The position numbers and the translations under genes were made by a program. From NCBI GenBank assembly GCA_964357905.1, contig CAYHMQ010000003.1, positions 26,855-90,854 of the forward strand: 64,000 nucleotides of DNA, in the 5' to 3' direction. Every line of letters starts with the position of its first letter. The first letter of the stretch is position 1. Shown in pieces: positions 25,762 through 35,996 of the stretch. This DNA is from an uncultured Candidatus Saccharibacteria bacterium (lineage in GTDB: Bacteria > Patescibacteriota > Saccharimonadia > Saccharimonadales > UBA4665). A model generated the notes under the pieces. That model worked only from the letters and a program-made list of their open reading frames with translations. It was not told where the DNA came from and made no database searches.

Positions 25762-26091
25762 TTAGATGGTTTTGCGCTGGAGTTGGCTGATTTCAACAGT
25801 ATGCAGATTGGCCAGTGCCACCGTACGGTCTAGCTTATCTTCGACCCTCACCATTCTAGCCTCCAGTCGATCGAAGCGCTTGTCGACTTGGTCGAAACGT
25901 TCAGATATCATCTGCAAGGCGTCCCCGACTATCTGACCAACCACATCACCGACAATTATTTCTACGCGCTTTAGGATACGCTCTTCCTGCTGCACGAGCA
26001 TTTTATCCATGCGCGTGAGCAGGCGCTCTTCCATCAGCAGCAAAAGTTCTTGGAGGTCGTTTTTGGTCACGTAGTGACTAGTGGTGATCAT
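25762..26091 (-). CDS. hypothetical coiled-coil protein (109 aa)
   Basis: The tracked start at 26118 is GTG. The ATG at 26091 (MITTSHYV...) has TATAGT 7 nt upstream. Heptad-like charged sequence. Resembles the ORF at 30281-30517. Confidence 0.6.
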   Translation of the reverse strand: MITTSHYVTKNDLQELLLLMEERLLTRMDKMLVQQEERILKRVEIIVGDVVGQIVGDALQMISERFDQVDKRFDRLEARMVRVEDKLDRTVALANLHTVEISQLQRKTI

Positions 26092-26173
26092 ACTATCCAC
26101 TATATGCCTCGGCAACACGAATCGCCAACAGATTGTGCTGTAATTATTAAATAATTTAATTATTTCGGTTGGC

Positions 26174-26758
26174 TCAAGCCTGGCGCTTCAAGAAACGGAT
26201 AAGGCTCGAGGCACCAAGCGTTAAGCTATACATAATCGCATAGCCATGCCGCAAGGCTGGCAAACGTTTCTCGGCGACGGTCGGTATGACTGTAGCTTCA
26301 TATGGTACGGTTCGGTCATCTGGTGAATATAGCGATAGCATCTTAGCTTTGTCGGCTGCCGATAGCTTGGGTAGGTTGGGTTGCAGAGCATATAACGCAG
26401 TTTTGAAGGCTGGGTTAGCAGCATAGGTCTTGGAACTGACTGTCTCTGGGGCATTGATTTTGGCACAAATATACACCAGTCCGGTGATGTCGTTAGATCG
26501 CTCGACATAAGCATTTAGAACCGCACTGGCGCCGGCGCTGGCGCCCACCAAGGAGACACGGTAGCCTTTAGCGATATATTTATCAATTCGCTCCAGCAAT
26601 CGCTGAAACTTGGACTCGTAAGCCTCTTCGCCAGCCCATGGCATCGGATGACAGTGACCCCTGACTCCATACAAGCGCCACAACCAGGTCGCCAAGCTCT
26701 GGACACGATATGCGTCATCTTGAATTCCAGGGATATAAATGACATGGTGTTGTGACAT
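26174..26758 (-). CDS. alpha/beta-hydrolase-fold protein
   Basis: Contains the nucleophile elbow LVGASAGAS. I chose the ATG at 26758 (MSQHHVIYIPG) because the longer ORF would run into the tRNA. Confidence 0.6.
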   Translation of the reverse strand: MSQHHVIYIPGIQDDAYRVQSLATWLWRLYGVRGHCHPMPWAGEEAYESKFQRLLERIDKYIAKGYRVSLVGASAGASAVLNAYVERSNDITGLVYICAKINAPETVSSKTYAANPAFKTALYALQPNLPKLSAADKAKMLSLYSPDDRTVPYEATVIPTVAEKRLPALRHGYAIMYSLTLGASSLIRFLKRQA

Positions 26759-26776
26759 TGAAATACTGCTTCTGAT

Positions 26777-26862
26777 TGGTGCGGATGAGAGGACTTGAAC
26801 CTCCACGCCCTAGGGGCACTAGTTCCTAAGACTAGCGTGTCTACCAATTCCACCACATCCGC
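26777..26862 (-). tRNA. tRNA-Leu (anticodon UAG), CCA encoded
   Basis: 86 nt: GCGGATG acceptor stem, anticodon stem CTAGT/ACTAG, loop CTTAGGA, long variable arm, TTCAAGT T-loop, CATCCGC-A-CCA. Confidence 0.93.
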
Positions 26863-26884
26863 ACACTATGCTAACCGATGTATT

Positions 26885-27418
26885 CTAGCGAATTTTTTGA
26901 TAAAAAACCAGCTGCGAGTCGCCGTAACTTTTGGATTGAACAGTTTGCAAATCCGCCAAAATCGGCAAGCGCACATTAGTCGGCCACGACAAAACGAAGG
27001 TGCCGGTCGCTGCCAGATGCCTGGGCAGCTTCTCAAGGTCACGATATGGAATGTTATCGTAGGGCGGGTCAGCAAAGATCAGATCAAACTTTAGGGCTTG
27101 ATGGCGAGTTGACCAGGCGCCGACAAATGCTCGCGTTACCTTAAGCCTATCTGTAATGCCTAGAGCCTCGGCGTTGGCAACGATTACGCCGTGAGCCGTC
27201 TTGTCGACCTCCACGGCGATGGCGCTTTTGGCGCCGCGGCTGATGGCTTCGTACGCTAGTGCACCGCTACCAGCGAAGGCGTCAAGCACAGTTAGGCCTT
27301 TGATGTCGCCCAGGACACCAAATATCGCACCGCGCATCTTGTCACTCATCGGGTGAGTACGATGACCGCCCGGACTACTGAAGTTGCGACCGCCAAGCCA
27401 GCCAGCTATAACTCTCAT
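26885..27418 (-). CDS. rsmD: 16S rRNA (guanine966-N2)-methyltransferase
   Basis: 177 aa containing LDAFAGSGALAYEAISRGA and DPPY. Confidence 0.85.
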   Translation of the reverse strand: MRVIAGWLGGRNFSSPGGHRTHPMSDKMRGAIFGVLGDIKGLTVLDAFAGSGALAYEAISRGAKSAIAVEVDKTAHGVIVANAEALGITDRLKVTRAFVGAWSTRHQALKFDLIFADPPYDNIPYRDLEKLPRHLAATGTFVLSWPTNVRLPILADLQTVQSKSYGDSQLVFYQKIR

Positions 27419-28215
27419 GCCTCCAGCTTACCAGCCTCATGACAAGCCGCATACCACGCTAGGGTAATCATTCGTACCATACGCGGGGCTAGCTCCTTGC
27501 GTACATCGCGAGTAACTGACCGCGTCCAGCCTAGCTCAATAAACCGTCCGTATAGTTCAAGTTCTGCAACCTCACTCATTAATCGCTTGAACGTATCGAT
27601 AACACCTTTGTTAGCTATACGTTCTAGATCAGCCCGAGACGGCAAAGCCTTATTAAATCGTAGCGGCGCAATGATAGCATAGGCGCCGGCTTCAAACATG
27701 GCATGGGTGGTCAGTAGACCTTTTGGCCCGGCTAGTTTGAGGCTATGCAGTACCGATTTGGTGATTGTCTCTTGCTTAACGAATACCCGACCAGCCAAGC
27801 CTTTACGTGTATGCCTAGGTTCGCCACCGCGCAGGCTAGCCAAGGCTGACTCGTACGGGTAATGATGAGCCGGGGTCAAGCCATCGACCAGAGCATGCGC
27901 CAGCCAGGCAGCTTCGAAGCTGGCTCGCACTTCATCGTTATCACGCAGAGCTTTGACCAGACTGTTATAGTGCTGCTCTATTTGCTTATATAAGTCTGTG
28001 TCATTCGGATTGTGCGGATCAATGAAGTGCCATGGCTGCTCGCTCCTGTTGTGACGCTTTAGCTTGGCGCTATCGGGACCGCGGCCGGCTTCAAACCGCA
28101 GCACTTGTCTGATCGAAGGAAAACAACTCTGGTCATGCGCCGGCAACAGACGTCTCAGATGTCTATGCGCAACTCTATCGAGCTTCTGGTGGGCATGAAA
28201 AACTATTGCGTACAT
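27415..28215 (-). CDS. hypothetical protein, possibly of the zinc phospholipase C / P1 nuclease-like superfamily
   Basis: 266 aa and His-rich. The segment AWLAHALVDGLTPAHH resembles the metal-binding helix of that superfamily. The call is weak. Confidence 0.35.
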   Translation of the reverse strand: MYAIVFHAHQKLDRVAHRHLRRLLPAHDQSCFPSIRQVLRFEAGRGPDSAKLKRHNRSEQPWHFIDPHNPNDTDLYKQIEQHYNSLVKALRDNDEVRASFEAAWLAHALVDGLTPAHHYPYESALASLRGGEPRHTRKGLAGRVFVKQETITKSVLHSLKLAGPKGLLTTHAMFEAGAYAIIAPLRFNKALPSRADLERIANKGVIDTFKRLMSEVAELELYGRFIELGWTRSVTRDVRKELAPRMVRMITLAWYAACHEAGKLEA

Positions 28216-28230
28216 CTAATAATTACAATG

Positions 28231-30267
28231 CTAGTTGAGGTTTGTTACGGTTCGCAACCGGTTTACGTTTTTCATAAGATGCTTATATTGTAACAAATTC
28301 TCGTTTTGGTCTAGTAGTTTATGGGCCGCTGCACGAGCGGCTGCGATTAGCTTGGTATCCGTTAGTTTGGCAATTCTAAGGTCAAGTTGGCCATGTTGCG
28401 AGGTGCCATAAATCGCGCCTGGACCGCGGATTTCCAGGTCAAGCTCGGCCAGCTTGAAGCCATCATTAGAGCTAGACAAAGCTCGCATTCGACGTGTTGG
28501 CGCACTTGAGTCACTCAATAATAAATAGCAATGGCCTTGGTCTGAACTACGCCCTACCCTGCCCCTTAGCTGATGTAGCTGAGCCAGCCCGAAGCGCTCA
28601 GCACTCTCGATTAGCATGATGTTGGCGTTGGGCACGTCAACACCAACCTCTATAACTGTGGTCGAAACCAGAATATCTAGTTCGTGACACACGAATTGTT
28701 CCATGATCGACTGTTTGTCTGTCGGCTTGAGTTTGCCGTGTAGCAGCCCAACACGGCGATGCTTGAAATCCTTCTGCGCAAGCTGTTGGTAGACTTGTTC
28801 TGCTGCGGCTGCATCAAGCACCGTCGAATCTGTAATAAGCGGACAAACCACAAACATTTGCTTACCCTCGTCCAGTTGCTTATCGATAGACTCGTAGAGC
28901 TGTGCTCTAGAATTGGGTGATACAATCTCGGTCTTAATAGCTTGGCGTCCGACAGGTTTTTCATCCAACACCGAAATATCCAGCTCTCCATAAAGCGTCA
29001 GAGCCAGCGAGCGCGGAATTGGTGTCGCTGTCAGGCTCAGGACGTGAGGCATGTGGCCAGCTTTGGCCATTAATGTCTTGCGCTGTTCAACCCCAAACCG
29101 GTGCTGCTCATCAATAATAATCAGAGCTAGCTTGTGCATATCGACCTGCTCCTGTATCAGAGCTTGCGTCCCAATTATGAAGCCTGCATGGCCGCTGGCT
29201 ATGGCAGCTCGTGCCTTGGTCTTCTGAGCTGGGCTTAGGCTGCCGACCAGCAGCACGACTTGCTTCTCAAGACCCAGCGGTTTTAGCAAGCCGTGAATGG
29301 TGTCAGCATGCTGGCGAGCCAATAATTCAGTCGGCGCCATCAGAGCCACTTGCCAATCTTGAGCCATGGCCATCAGAGCCGCCATGGTAGCAACTACAGT
29401 TTTGCCAGCACCTACATCACCTTCTAACAGGCGATTCATGGGGTGCTGCTTCTGCAAGTCTTGATATATTTGCCAGATGCTGCGGCGCTGTCCATCAGTT
29501 AGCTTAAAAGGCAAATGACTTACAAACTCGCGCGCCAGCTTCTCGTCAAACTCAATCGATAAGGCGGTTTCGCGCTGGTTCTCTCGCTTATTGAGCAAAC
29601 TGGCTAAACTTAACTGGAATACTTCTTCGAAGCCTAGACGACGCTGCGCTGCCGCCAGCTGTCCGCCCTCTAATGGCGCATGAATACCCAACAAGGCTTC
29701 GCTGCGACTCATCAAATCCTGGCTTTTGGTGATTTGGGGCGGCAGAGTCTCTGGCATCACCTTGATGATTTGCCTAGCCTCGTGCACAGCCAATCTGATC
29801 TGGCGTGAAGTTAAGCCTTTGGTCTCCCGATAAATAGCCAGGATCCGCCCAGCATTGACTGGCAAGTCACTGACCCGCTCAACACTGGGATTCATGATTG
29901 AGAAGCGCTGGTGACTTAGTTCGAATTGGCCAGATATGAAGTACTTCTGGCCGGCCTTGAGCGCTGCCGCGCGGTAAGGCTGATTGAACCAAATCAGACG
30001 CACGCTGCCTGTGGCGTCGCTGGCTATAGCCTCAGTGATGTGCAGGCCACGCCGGACATATCGACCCGTAGCCTGCTTGATGACAGCCTCAATCGTGACT
30101 GCCTCGGGGCGCAGCTTATTGATTGGCGTAACTTGTGAATAATCTTCGTAGCGACGCGGATAATAATCAATTAAGTCGCCGACCGTCTTGAGTCCCAAGA
30201 CAGCGAACTTCTTAGCTTGCGCTTCGCCCACTCCTTTAAGCTCCGTTAGCGGGCTATCGATGGTCAT
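28231..30267 (-). CDS. recG: ATP-dependent DNA helicase RecG
   Basis: 678 aa with an N-terminal wedge domain, GDVGAGKTVVA, DEQHRFGV and QLRGRVGR. TATACT lies 7 nt upstream of the ATG. Confidence 0.93.
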   Translation of the reverse strand: MTIDSPLTELKGVGEAQAKKFAVLGLKTVGDLIDYYPRRYEDYSQVTPINKLRPEAVTIEAVIKQATGRYVRRGLHITEAIASDATGSVRLIWFNQPYRAAALKAGQKYFISGQFELSHQRFSIMNPSVERVSDLPVNAGRILAIYRETKGLTSRQIRLAVHEARQIIKVMPETLPPQITKSQDLMSRSEALLGIHAPLEGGQLAAAQRRLGFEEVFQLSLASLLNKRENQRETALSIEFDEKLAREFVSHLPFKLTDGQRRSIWQIYQDLQKQHPMNRLLEGDVGAGKTVVATMAALMAMAQDWQVALMAPTELLARQHADTIHGLLKPLGLEKQVVLLVGSLSPAQKTKARAAIASGHAGFIIGTQALIQEQVDMHKLALIIIDEQHRFGVEQRKTLMAKAGHMPHVLSLTATPIPRSLALTLYGELDISVLDEKPVGRQAIKTEIVSPNSRAQLYESIDKQLDEGKQMFVVCPLITDSTVLDAAAAEQVYQQLAQKDFKHRRVGLLHGKLKPTDKQSIMEQFVCHELDILVSTTVIEVGVDVPNANIMLIESAERFGLAQLHQLRGRVGRSSDQGHCYLLLSDSSAPTRRMRALSSSNDGFKLAELDLEIRGPGAIYGTSQHGQLDLRIAKLTDTKLIAAARAAAHKLLDQNENLLQYKHLMKNVNRLRTVTNLN

Positions 30268-30280
30268 GCCCTTAAGTATA

Positions 30281-30517
30281 CTAGGCGGCTTCTAGATCGG
30301 TCAGACGCATTTCGTGATTACTCAAAATGCCGCCACTCTCTTTCATATAATATTTGAACATGCGGTTGTCGGCTTGCATTTCTGCGATAACTTCTTTAAT
30401 TTCCTTGATATCGGCAGGCACGTCGCGCAGCGGCACAAGAATCTCCATTATCAGTTTGAAACGCTCGTTCATCTCTTCGAGCAATGCACCCTGGTAATGA
30501 TCCTCACTTCGCTTCAT
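30281..30517 (-). CDS. hypothetical small coiled-coil protein (78 aa)
   Basis: The ATG at 30517 (MKRSEDHYQG...) has TATAAT 10 nt upstream. The tracked ORF extends to 30550. Possible paralog of the ORF at 25762-26091. Confidence 0.5.
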   Translation of the reverse strand: MKRSEDHYQGALLEEMNERFKLIMEILVPLRDVPADIKEIKEVIAEMQADNRMFKYYMKESGGILSNHEMRLTDLEAA

Positions 30518-30631
30518 CGTGTGACAAATTATAGTCCTGAGGCTGGGCAATAAGCAATTCTTTTTAGCTGGATTTAATGTAAATTTAACTTTTCTATTAT
30601 GCGCATGAGATGACGGCGTATGGGCAAGGGT

Positions 30632-31423
30632 TTAGCCCTTGCGCACTAAGAAGAAAATGCTGGGACCGAAGTAAATAGTCGCCAGAGGCCGCTGGACGGC
30701 GCGCTCGGCGCCGAGCATTATCTCTCGCGGCAGTAGCTTCTTGAGCCTGACACTGCGCAGATTGGATACTGATAACGTTCGCTCAACACGTAGACCAGCT
30801 TGGTTGAGTTGGCGAATTACTGTCTTGGGATTGTGGTTAACAAAAGGTATTTCGTCGTCACGCTTATTGGCTGCTGAGCGGATGTCAATCGGCTGCTTCG
30901 GTAGCCCCTTGAGACGAGCTAGATGCTTGAGACGATTGCGCATGTGTGCGTAGTTGGCGACCTCTACGATAGCGTAGCCACCGCTCTTGAGTACACGAGC
31001 TATCTCCTTAAACTCTGGCACCGGATCAGGCAAATGATGCATAACGCGAATCATAGTCAGTAGCCCAATACTACCATCGTCAAAAGGCATGTCACCGGCC
31101 TGCACCAGTCTACGGTCTATCTCGGGATGATCCTTTAGGAACTTGGCGGCAATGTCCAACTGTTGTTGACTGGGTTCAGCCAGAGTAACTTTGTCGGCGA
31201 ATTCTTCCAGCAATAGGCACAGTCGGCCGTAACCACCGCCGACATCAACGGCTGCCACGAAGTGTCTGCCTCTGAGAAGCTTGCGGATCGCGATTTCTTC
31301 AGCTAGGTGTTCATATTGTCGACCGTCCCAGTAACGTAAGTAGTTGTGAGTGGGGTCGTTGTACTGGTCGGCCTTGCGTTTGGCCTTTGTGGTATTTGCG
31401 GTTGTATTCGATTTTTTTGCCAT
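30632..31423 (-). CDS. class I SAM-dependent methyltransferase
   Basis: 263 aa with motif I VDVGGGYGRL. Confidence 0.75.
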   Translation of the reverse strand: MAKKSNTTANTTKAKRKADQYNDPTHNYLRYWDGRQYEHLAEEIAIRKLLRGRHFVAAVDVGGGYGRLCLLLEEFADKVTLAEPSQQQLDIAAKFLKDHPEIDRRLVQAGDMPFDDGSIGLLTMIRVMHHLPDPVPEFKEIARVLKSGGYAIVEVANYAHMRNRLKHLARLKGLPKQPIDIRSAANKRDDEIPFVNHNPKTVIRQLNQAGLRVERTLSVSNLRSVRLKKLLPREIMLGAERAVQRPLATIYFGPSIFFLVRKG

Positions 31424-31458
31424 AATTGCTACAAGTATACCCTGCTGTGCCTAAATCT

Positions 31459-32709
31459 CTAACCGTCCAGCTTGAGAACGGCGTTAACATTCTTGCCGCG
31501 GCGTACCATAACAGCACTTTTGGACTGGGCGTCGAAGTGAAAGTCTGAAGCTACCTTTTGATTATCAACATAGATGGCGCCGCCTTCCACGAAGCGACGC
31601 GCTTCGGTCTTGGACGAAGCCAGACCGGTCTTAACTAGAGCATCCGTCAGATCTTCTGGCGATAAGCCTTTGGAAACGTTAGCTGTTGGTAATTCTTTCT
31701 CGAGAATTGCGAACTCTTCTGTGCCAAGTTCGAGTGCCTCATCACCGCCGAACAAGACATCGACAATGCGTTTCTGGCTGTCGGCAGCTTCTTGGCCGTG
31801 AACCAGCTTAGTTACTTCGTAAGCCAAGGTTTTCTGCGCCAGACGGCTGCCACGGTTGTGACCAAACTCTTGCATTATGGCGTCAAGCCGGCCTTCGCCC
31901 TGCTCTGTGAAAAGCTTCAGATAATCGCCGACGCTCTCGTCATCAACGTTCAGCCAAAACTGATAGAACTGATAGGGGCTGGTCTTGTTGGCGTCTAGCC
32001 AAATGGCGCCGTCTTCGCTTTTGCCAAACTTCTGGCCGGTCGACTTGTTGACCACCAAGGGCACCGAGTAAACATTGGCTTCACCGCCAGTTTTGCGGCG
32101 GATCAGATCAACACCGGCGATACTATTGCCCCACTGGTCGGAGCCACAGACTTGAAGTGTCACGCCGTGTTCTTTATATAGGTGCAGGAAGTCGTAGGCC
32201 TGAATCAGAACGTAACTAAACTCGGCATAGCTGATACCGGCACCGTTTTCGCTTAAGCGGGTCTGGACAAAATCACGAGCTAGCATTTGGCGCATTGGTA
32301 CGTGCTTGCCTGTGTCACGCAAGAAATCCAGGTAATTAATACTCTTGAACCAGTCATAATTATCTACAACTTCGAAGTCTTGGCCTTCGAAGATCTGCTT
32401 ATACTGAGAGATGATGGCTTGTTTGTTACGTTCTAGTTCTTCAGATGATATGAGGTCACGCTCAGAGCTTTTGCCATCGGGATCACCGATCATACCAGTG
32501 GCACCGCCAACTAGCAGTACGGCTTTGTGCCCATGTTTGATAAATGACTTAACCATCATGGCCGCGGCCAGATTGCCGATAGTCATCGAATCAGCGCTAG
32601 GATCAACGCCCCAGTAGAAAGTAATTGGCTCGCCATCTAAGACGGCTATATCCTTGAAGGTCGTTTGGTGAACAAGGCCGCGCCAAGTTAGTTCTTGAGA
32701 GAGCATCAT
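31459..32709 (-). CDS. tyrS: tyrosine--tRNA ligase
   Basis: 416 aa with a HIGH-region variant (DPSADSMTIGNL), the KMSKS variant KFGKSE, and a C-terminal S4-like domain. Confidence 0.9.
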   Translation of the reverse strand: MMLSQELTWRGLVHQTTFKDIAVLDGEPITFYWGVDPSADSMTIGNLAAAMMVKSFIKHGHKAVLLVGGATGMIGDPDGKSSERDLISSEELERNKQAIISQYKQIFEGQDFEVVDNYDWFKSINYLDFLRDTGKHVPMRQMLARDFVQTRLSENGAGISYAEFSYVLIQAYDFLHLYKEHGVTLQVCGSDQWGNSIAGVDLIRRKTGGEANVYSVPLVVNKSTGQKFGKSEDGAIWLDANKTSPYQFYQFWLNVDDESVGDYLKLFTEQGEGRLDAIMQEFGHNRGSRLAQKTLAYEVTKLVHGQEAADSQKRIVDVLFGGDEALELGTEEFAILEKELPTANVSKGLSPEDLTDALVKTGLASSKTEARRFVEGGAIYVDNQKVASDFHFDAQSKSAVMVRRGKNVNAVLKLDG

Positions 32710-32783
32710 GTGGATAGTATAGCGTATCTGTGATTTGTCAAATAAAACATAGGCTTTTTATTCCAGCCTTTTTGATATAATGG

Positions 32784-35700
32784 ATGGAGGTTTTTCATGA
32801 GGGATACAGACAACCAATGAGCAAGCGATACACTGGCCGCAACCGTCGGTCTATTAATACTGTCACGACCAAGAGCGGCAAAACTATCAAGCTTAATCGC
32901 TCGCTGAGCGATAGGTCAAAGGCGCGCAATGCAGCTCGCTCGGCAGCCAAGGCGGCATACTTAGCAACTCTGCCCAAAGACCGTATTAAGCGCATCCTTT
33001 ATCGCATGCACCCCAGGAGGGTAGCTCAGTATTGGTTTAGCCGCGAAGGCGGCATTATGGCACTGAAGATAGTCGGCATCTCCATTGTTATCGGCTTCTT
33101 CCTGACAATTGGTTTGTTTGCTTACTTCCGCAAGGATTTGCCTAAGATTAAGAACTTGTCTGGCGCCAGCCTAGGCGGCAGCATTACCTATTATGATCGT
33201 ACTGGTCAAACTGTCTTATTTAATGATTACAACTCGGTTAAACGCATTCCGGTCGATAGCAAAGCTATATCGCCCTACATTAAGCAAGCCACGATCGCCA
33301 TCGAGGACAAAGATTTTTACAAACACGGCGCCTTCGACGTGCGCGGTATTATGCGAGCTGCAGTGCGTGATGTAACTGGCGGCAGCGGAGCAGTTCAGGG
33401 CGGATCTACAATAACCCAGCAATTAGTTAAGCTGAATGAAAACTGGACAGATAACCGCACTATAACTCGTAAGGTCAAAGAGCTGATCCTGGCCGTGGAG
33501 CTGGAACGAGAGTATACCAAGGACGATGTTCTAACCGGCTACCTTAATATTGCTCCCTACGGTGGCCAGGAATATGGTGTCGAGAGTGCAGCTCGCGATT
33601 ACTTCCAGACCAGTGCCAAGGACTTATCTTTAGCCCAAGCTACCATGCTGGCAGCTATCCCTCAGTCACCAAGTTACTACTCACCATATGCTGGCAACAG
33701 ATTTAATCCGGCAGTAACCGGCGACACCTTCAGTCCAGAGGCGCTGATTGGCAGACAGCATTACATCCTGGATCGCATGGTTGCCCAGAAGTACATCACC
33801 AAGAAGCAAGCTGAAGAAGCCAAAAAAGTCGACATTCTAGCTCAAGTACATCAGCAATCACCTAAGTTTTCTAACATTAGGGCGCCCTACTTCGTGCTGG
33901 CCGCTAAGCACGAACTTGAACAAACCTATGGCTCGAAGATTGTTCAACGCGGCGGCTGGAAAGTCATAACCACCTTGGACATGAGCCTTCAGGACAAGGC
34001 CGAACAGCTAGTTGCCTCTAACCTGGCAAATGTTAAGCGCTACGGCGCTAATCAAGAGGCTATGGTAGCCGAGGACGTCAAGACCGGACAAATCGTCTCG
34101 CTTGTTGGCGGTACTGACTTCAACAATGAGGAGTATGGTCAGAACAACTACGCGGCTGGCATTCTTATACCGCCCGGTTCTAGCTTCAAGCCATACGATT
34201 ACACGGCTCTAATCAATAACAATAATAATGTTGGCGCGGGATCAGTTCTGTATGACACGCAGGGCGCTTTGCCAGGTTACCCATGCACCAACAAAGCTCT
34301 GCCTAAAGTCGGCGGCAACTGCCTGCAAGATTTTGACTTCAAATACCCCGGACCTATGACCTTACGCTATGCCCTGGGCGGATCACGTAACGTTCCAGCC
34401 GTCAAGGCAATGCTGTCGTCCGTACCTAATGACAAAAGTAGCGGCCGAGTTGACTCGGTCAACAAAGTTATTAACACCGCTTCCTCACTTATGGACAATA
34501 AATATGCTCAATCAAAGAAGGCTAAACCCTACAATTGTTATGCGGATGAGCAGCTTACCCAAACCACTCAATGTTATGGGGCAGCGGCGATCGGCGATGG
34601 CGCCTTCCTGCATCTTGATGATCACGTCAACGGCCTTGCCAGCATAGCCAGACTGGGCAAAGCCATCCCCCGTACCTATATCCTCAAGATCACTGATGCG
34701 TCTCAGCAACCGCTATACGAATGGAAGCAGCCCAAAGCCCAGCAAGCAGTCAAGGCAGATGCCGCCTACATAGTCAACGATATGGCCTCTGATCCTAAGG
34801 CAAGTTACTTGCCGGGCAGCTGTACGGAGACTAATTGCACTGCTCTTAATCGCGGTGGCTATAAGTTTCATCGCTACAATGGTTGGAAATTTGCCGTCAA
34901 AACCGGTACCACCAATGATGGCTACGACGGTCTAATGACGAGCTGGTCGACTAAGTATGCAGTTGTCAGTTGGGTTGGACATCATACTCGTCGCGTCACC
35001 CTACGCAGCTCCATGGAGAATTTAACGGCGCCAATGACTAGGGGATGGATGGAGTACGCCCACCAGAACGACAAAGCAGTCAACTGGACTCAGCCGAGTA
35101 CTATCAAGTCAGCGTCAGCCTTTGTTGTGCGCAATAAGATAAGTTTTGGCGACATACCGCCAAGTCCGACTAATGACCTCTACCCTGGTTGGTACATTGG
35201 TGGTGGCACAGTTAAGAATACTTCTCAAACAATAGATAAGGTGTCAAACAAAATAGCGACATCGTGTACGCCAGCTTTGGCTAAAAATGTGGCAGCAAAT
35301 GCAAACGCTGCATCGTGGAACATCGACATCTTCAACGGCGGCAAGACTAGTATCGGTACTGGCAGTTCTGGCAACAACAGCACCAACCCAACCGCTACCG
35401 ACGATGTACATAACTGTAACGACAGCCCGCCGACAGTCACGCTCACGGCACCTAGCGACTGTCCAAGCAGCGGCTGTACAATCACGGCCACCGTGAGTCA
35501 GGGTACACATCAGCTTAGCGACCCTCGCTACGCACAGTTCCCTGGCACGATAACTTTTACGCTTAATGGTCAGCAAATCCACACCGAAAATGTTAGTGAA
35601 TCGCCACATACATCTTCGTTCACTTATACACCCGCCACGTCCGGTAGCGGCGCTCTGACGGTCACAGTGACTGACAGCGTACTATATCAAGGCACAGCAA

Positions 35701-35966
35701 CGCAGGCGTTCAACTATACAGCTCCTTCAGCGGCAGCTACCCTTGTGTTGGGTGCTCACTCAGGCACTAGCGCTAGCTTTAGCTGGAACAATGTCGGTGC
35801 TTCTGGCTACCAGCTTTGTTGGAATGGATTTAGCGGTGGGTGCTCCAATCAGAGTGGCACTTCTGCCAGCATCCCCGGGCTTGTGCCTACTAAACCCTAC
35901 TCGGCAACTATTACACCAGACGGCGGGCCTGCTTCAAACAGCGTTAGCTGGACTCAATTGCCCTAA
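32784..35966 (+). CDS. class A penicillin-binding protein (glycosyltransferase + transpeptidase) with Ig-like and FN3-like C-terminal domains
   Basis: GT51 motifs EDKDFYKHGAFD and GGSTITQQLVK. Transpeptidase motifs SSFKP, SRN and KTGTT. An alternative start at 32817 (MSKRY) is possible because TATAAT sits only 2 nt before 32784. Confidence 0.9.
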   Translation: MEVFHEGYRQPMSKRYTGRNRRSINTVTTKSGKTIKLNRSLSDRSKARNAARSAAKAAYLATLPKDRIKRILYRMHPRRVAQYWFSREGGIMALKIVGISIVIGFFLTIGLFAYFRKDLPKIKNLSGASLGGSITYYDRTGQTVLFNDYNSVKRIPVDSKAISPYIKQATIAIEDKDFYKHGAFDVRGIMRAAVRDVTGGSGAVQGGSTITQQLVKLNENWTDNRTITRKVKELILAVELEREYTKDDVLTGYLNIAPYGGQEYGVESAARDYFQTSAKDLSLAQATMLAAIPQSPSYYSPYAGNRFNPAVTGDTFSPEALIGRQHYILDRMVAQKYITKKQAEEAKKVDILAQVHQQSPKFSNIRAPYFVLAAKHELEQTYGSKIVQRGGWKVITTLDMSLQDKAEQLVASNLANVKRYGANQEAMVAEDVKTGQIVSLVGGTDFNNEEYGQNNYAAGILIPPGSSFKPYDYTALINNNNNVGAGSVLYDTQGALPGYPCTNKALPKVGGNCLQDFDFKYPGPMTLRYALGGSRNVPAVKAMLSSVPNDKSSGRVDSVNKVINTASSLMDNKYAQSKKAKPYNCYADEQLTQTTQCYGAAAIGDGAFLHLDDHVNGLASIARLGKAIPRTYILKITDASQQPLYEWKQPKAQQAVKADAAYIVNDMASDPKASYLPGSCTETNCTALNRGGYKFHRYNGWKFAVKTGTTNDGYDGLMTSWSTKYAVVSWVGHHTRRVTLRSSMENLTAPMTRGWMEYAHQNDKAVNWTQPSTIKSASAFVVRNKISFGDIPPSPTNDLYPGWYIGGGTVKNTSQTIDKVSNKIATSCTPALAKNVAANANAASWNIDIFNGGKTSIGTGSSGNNSTNPTATDDVHNCNDSPPTVTLTAPSDCPSSGCTITATVSQGTHQLSDPRYAQFPGTITFTLNGQQIHTENVSESPHTSSFTYTPATSGSGALTVTVTDSVLYQGTATQAFNYTAPSAAATLVLGAHSGTSASFSWNNVGASGYQLCWNGFSGGCSNQSGTSASIPGLVPTKPYSATITPDGGPASNSVSWTQLP

Positions 35967-35996
35967 GGGCCCTAGGCGCATCTCGCCGCGCATAAG

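Noticed and set aside
32751-32773. Hairpin AGGCT-N9-AGCCT flanked by A- and T-runs between the divergent tyrS and PBP genes.
   Set aside because: The stem is only 5 bp. It lies upstream of both candidate -10 elements, so it would not be in either transcript. It is probably fortuitous in AT-rich DNA.
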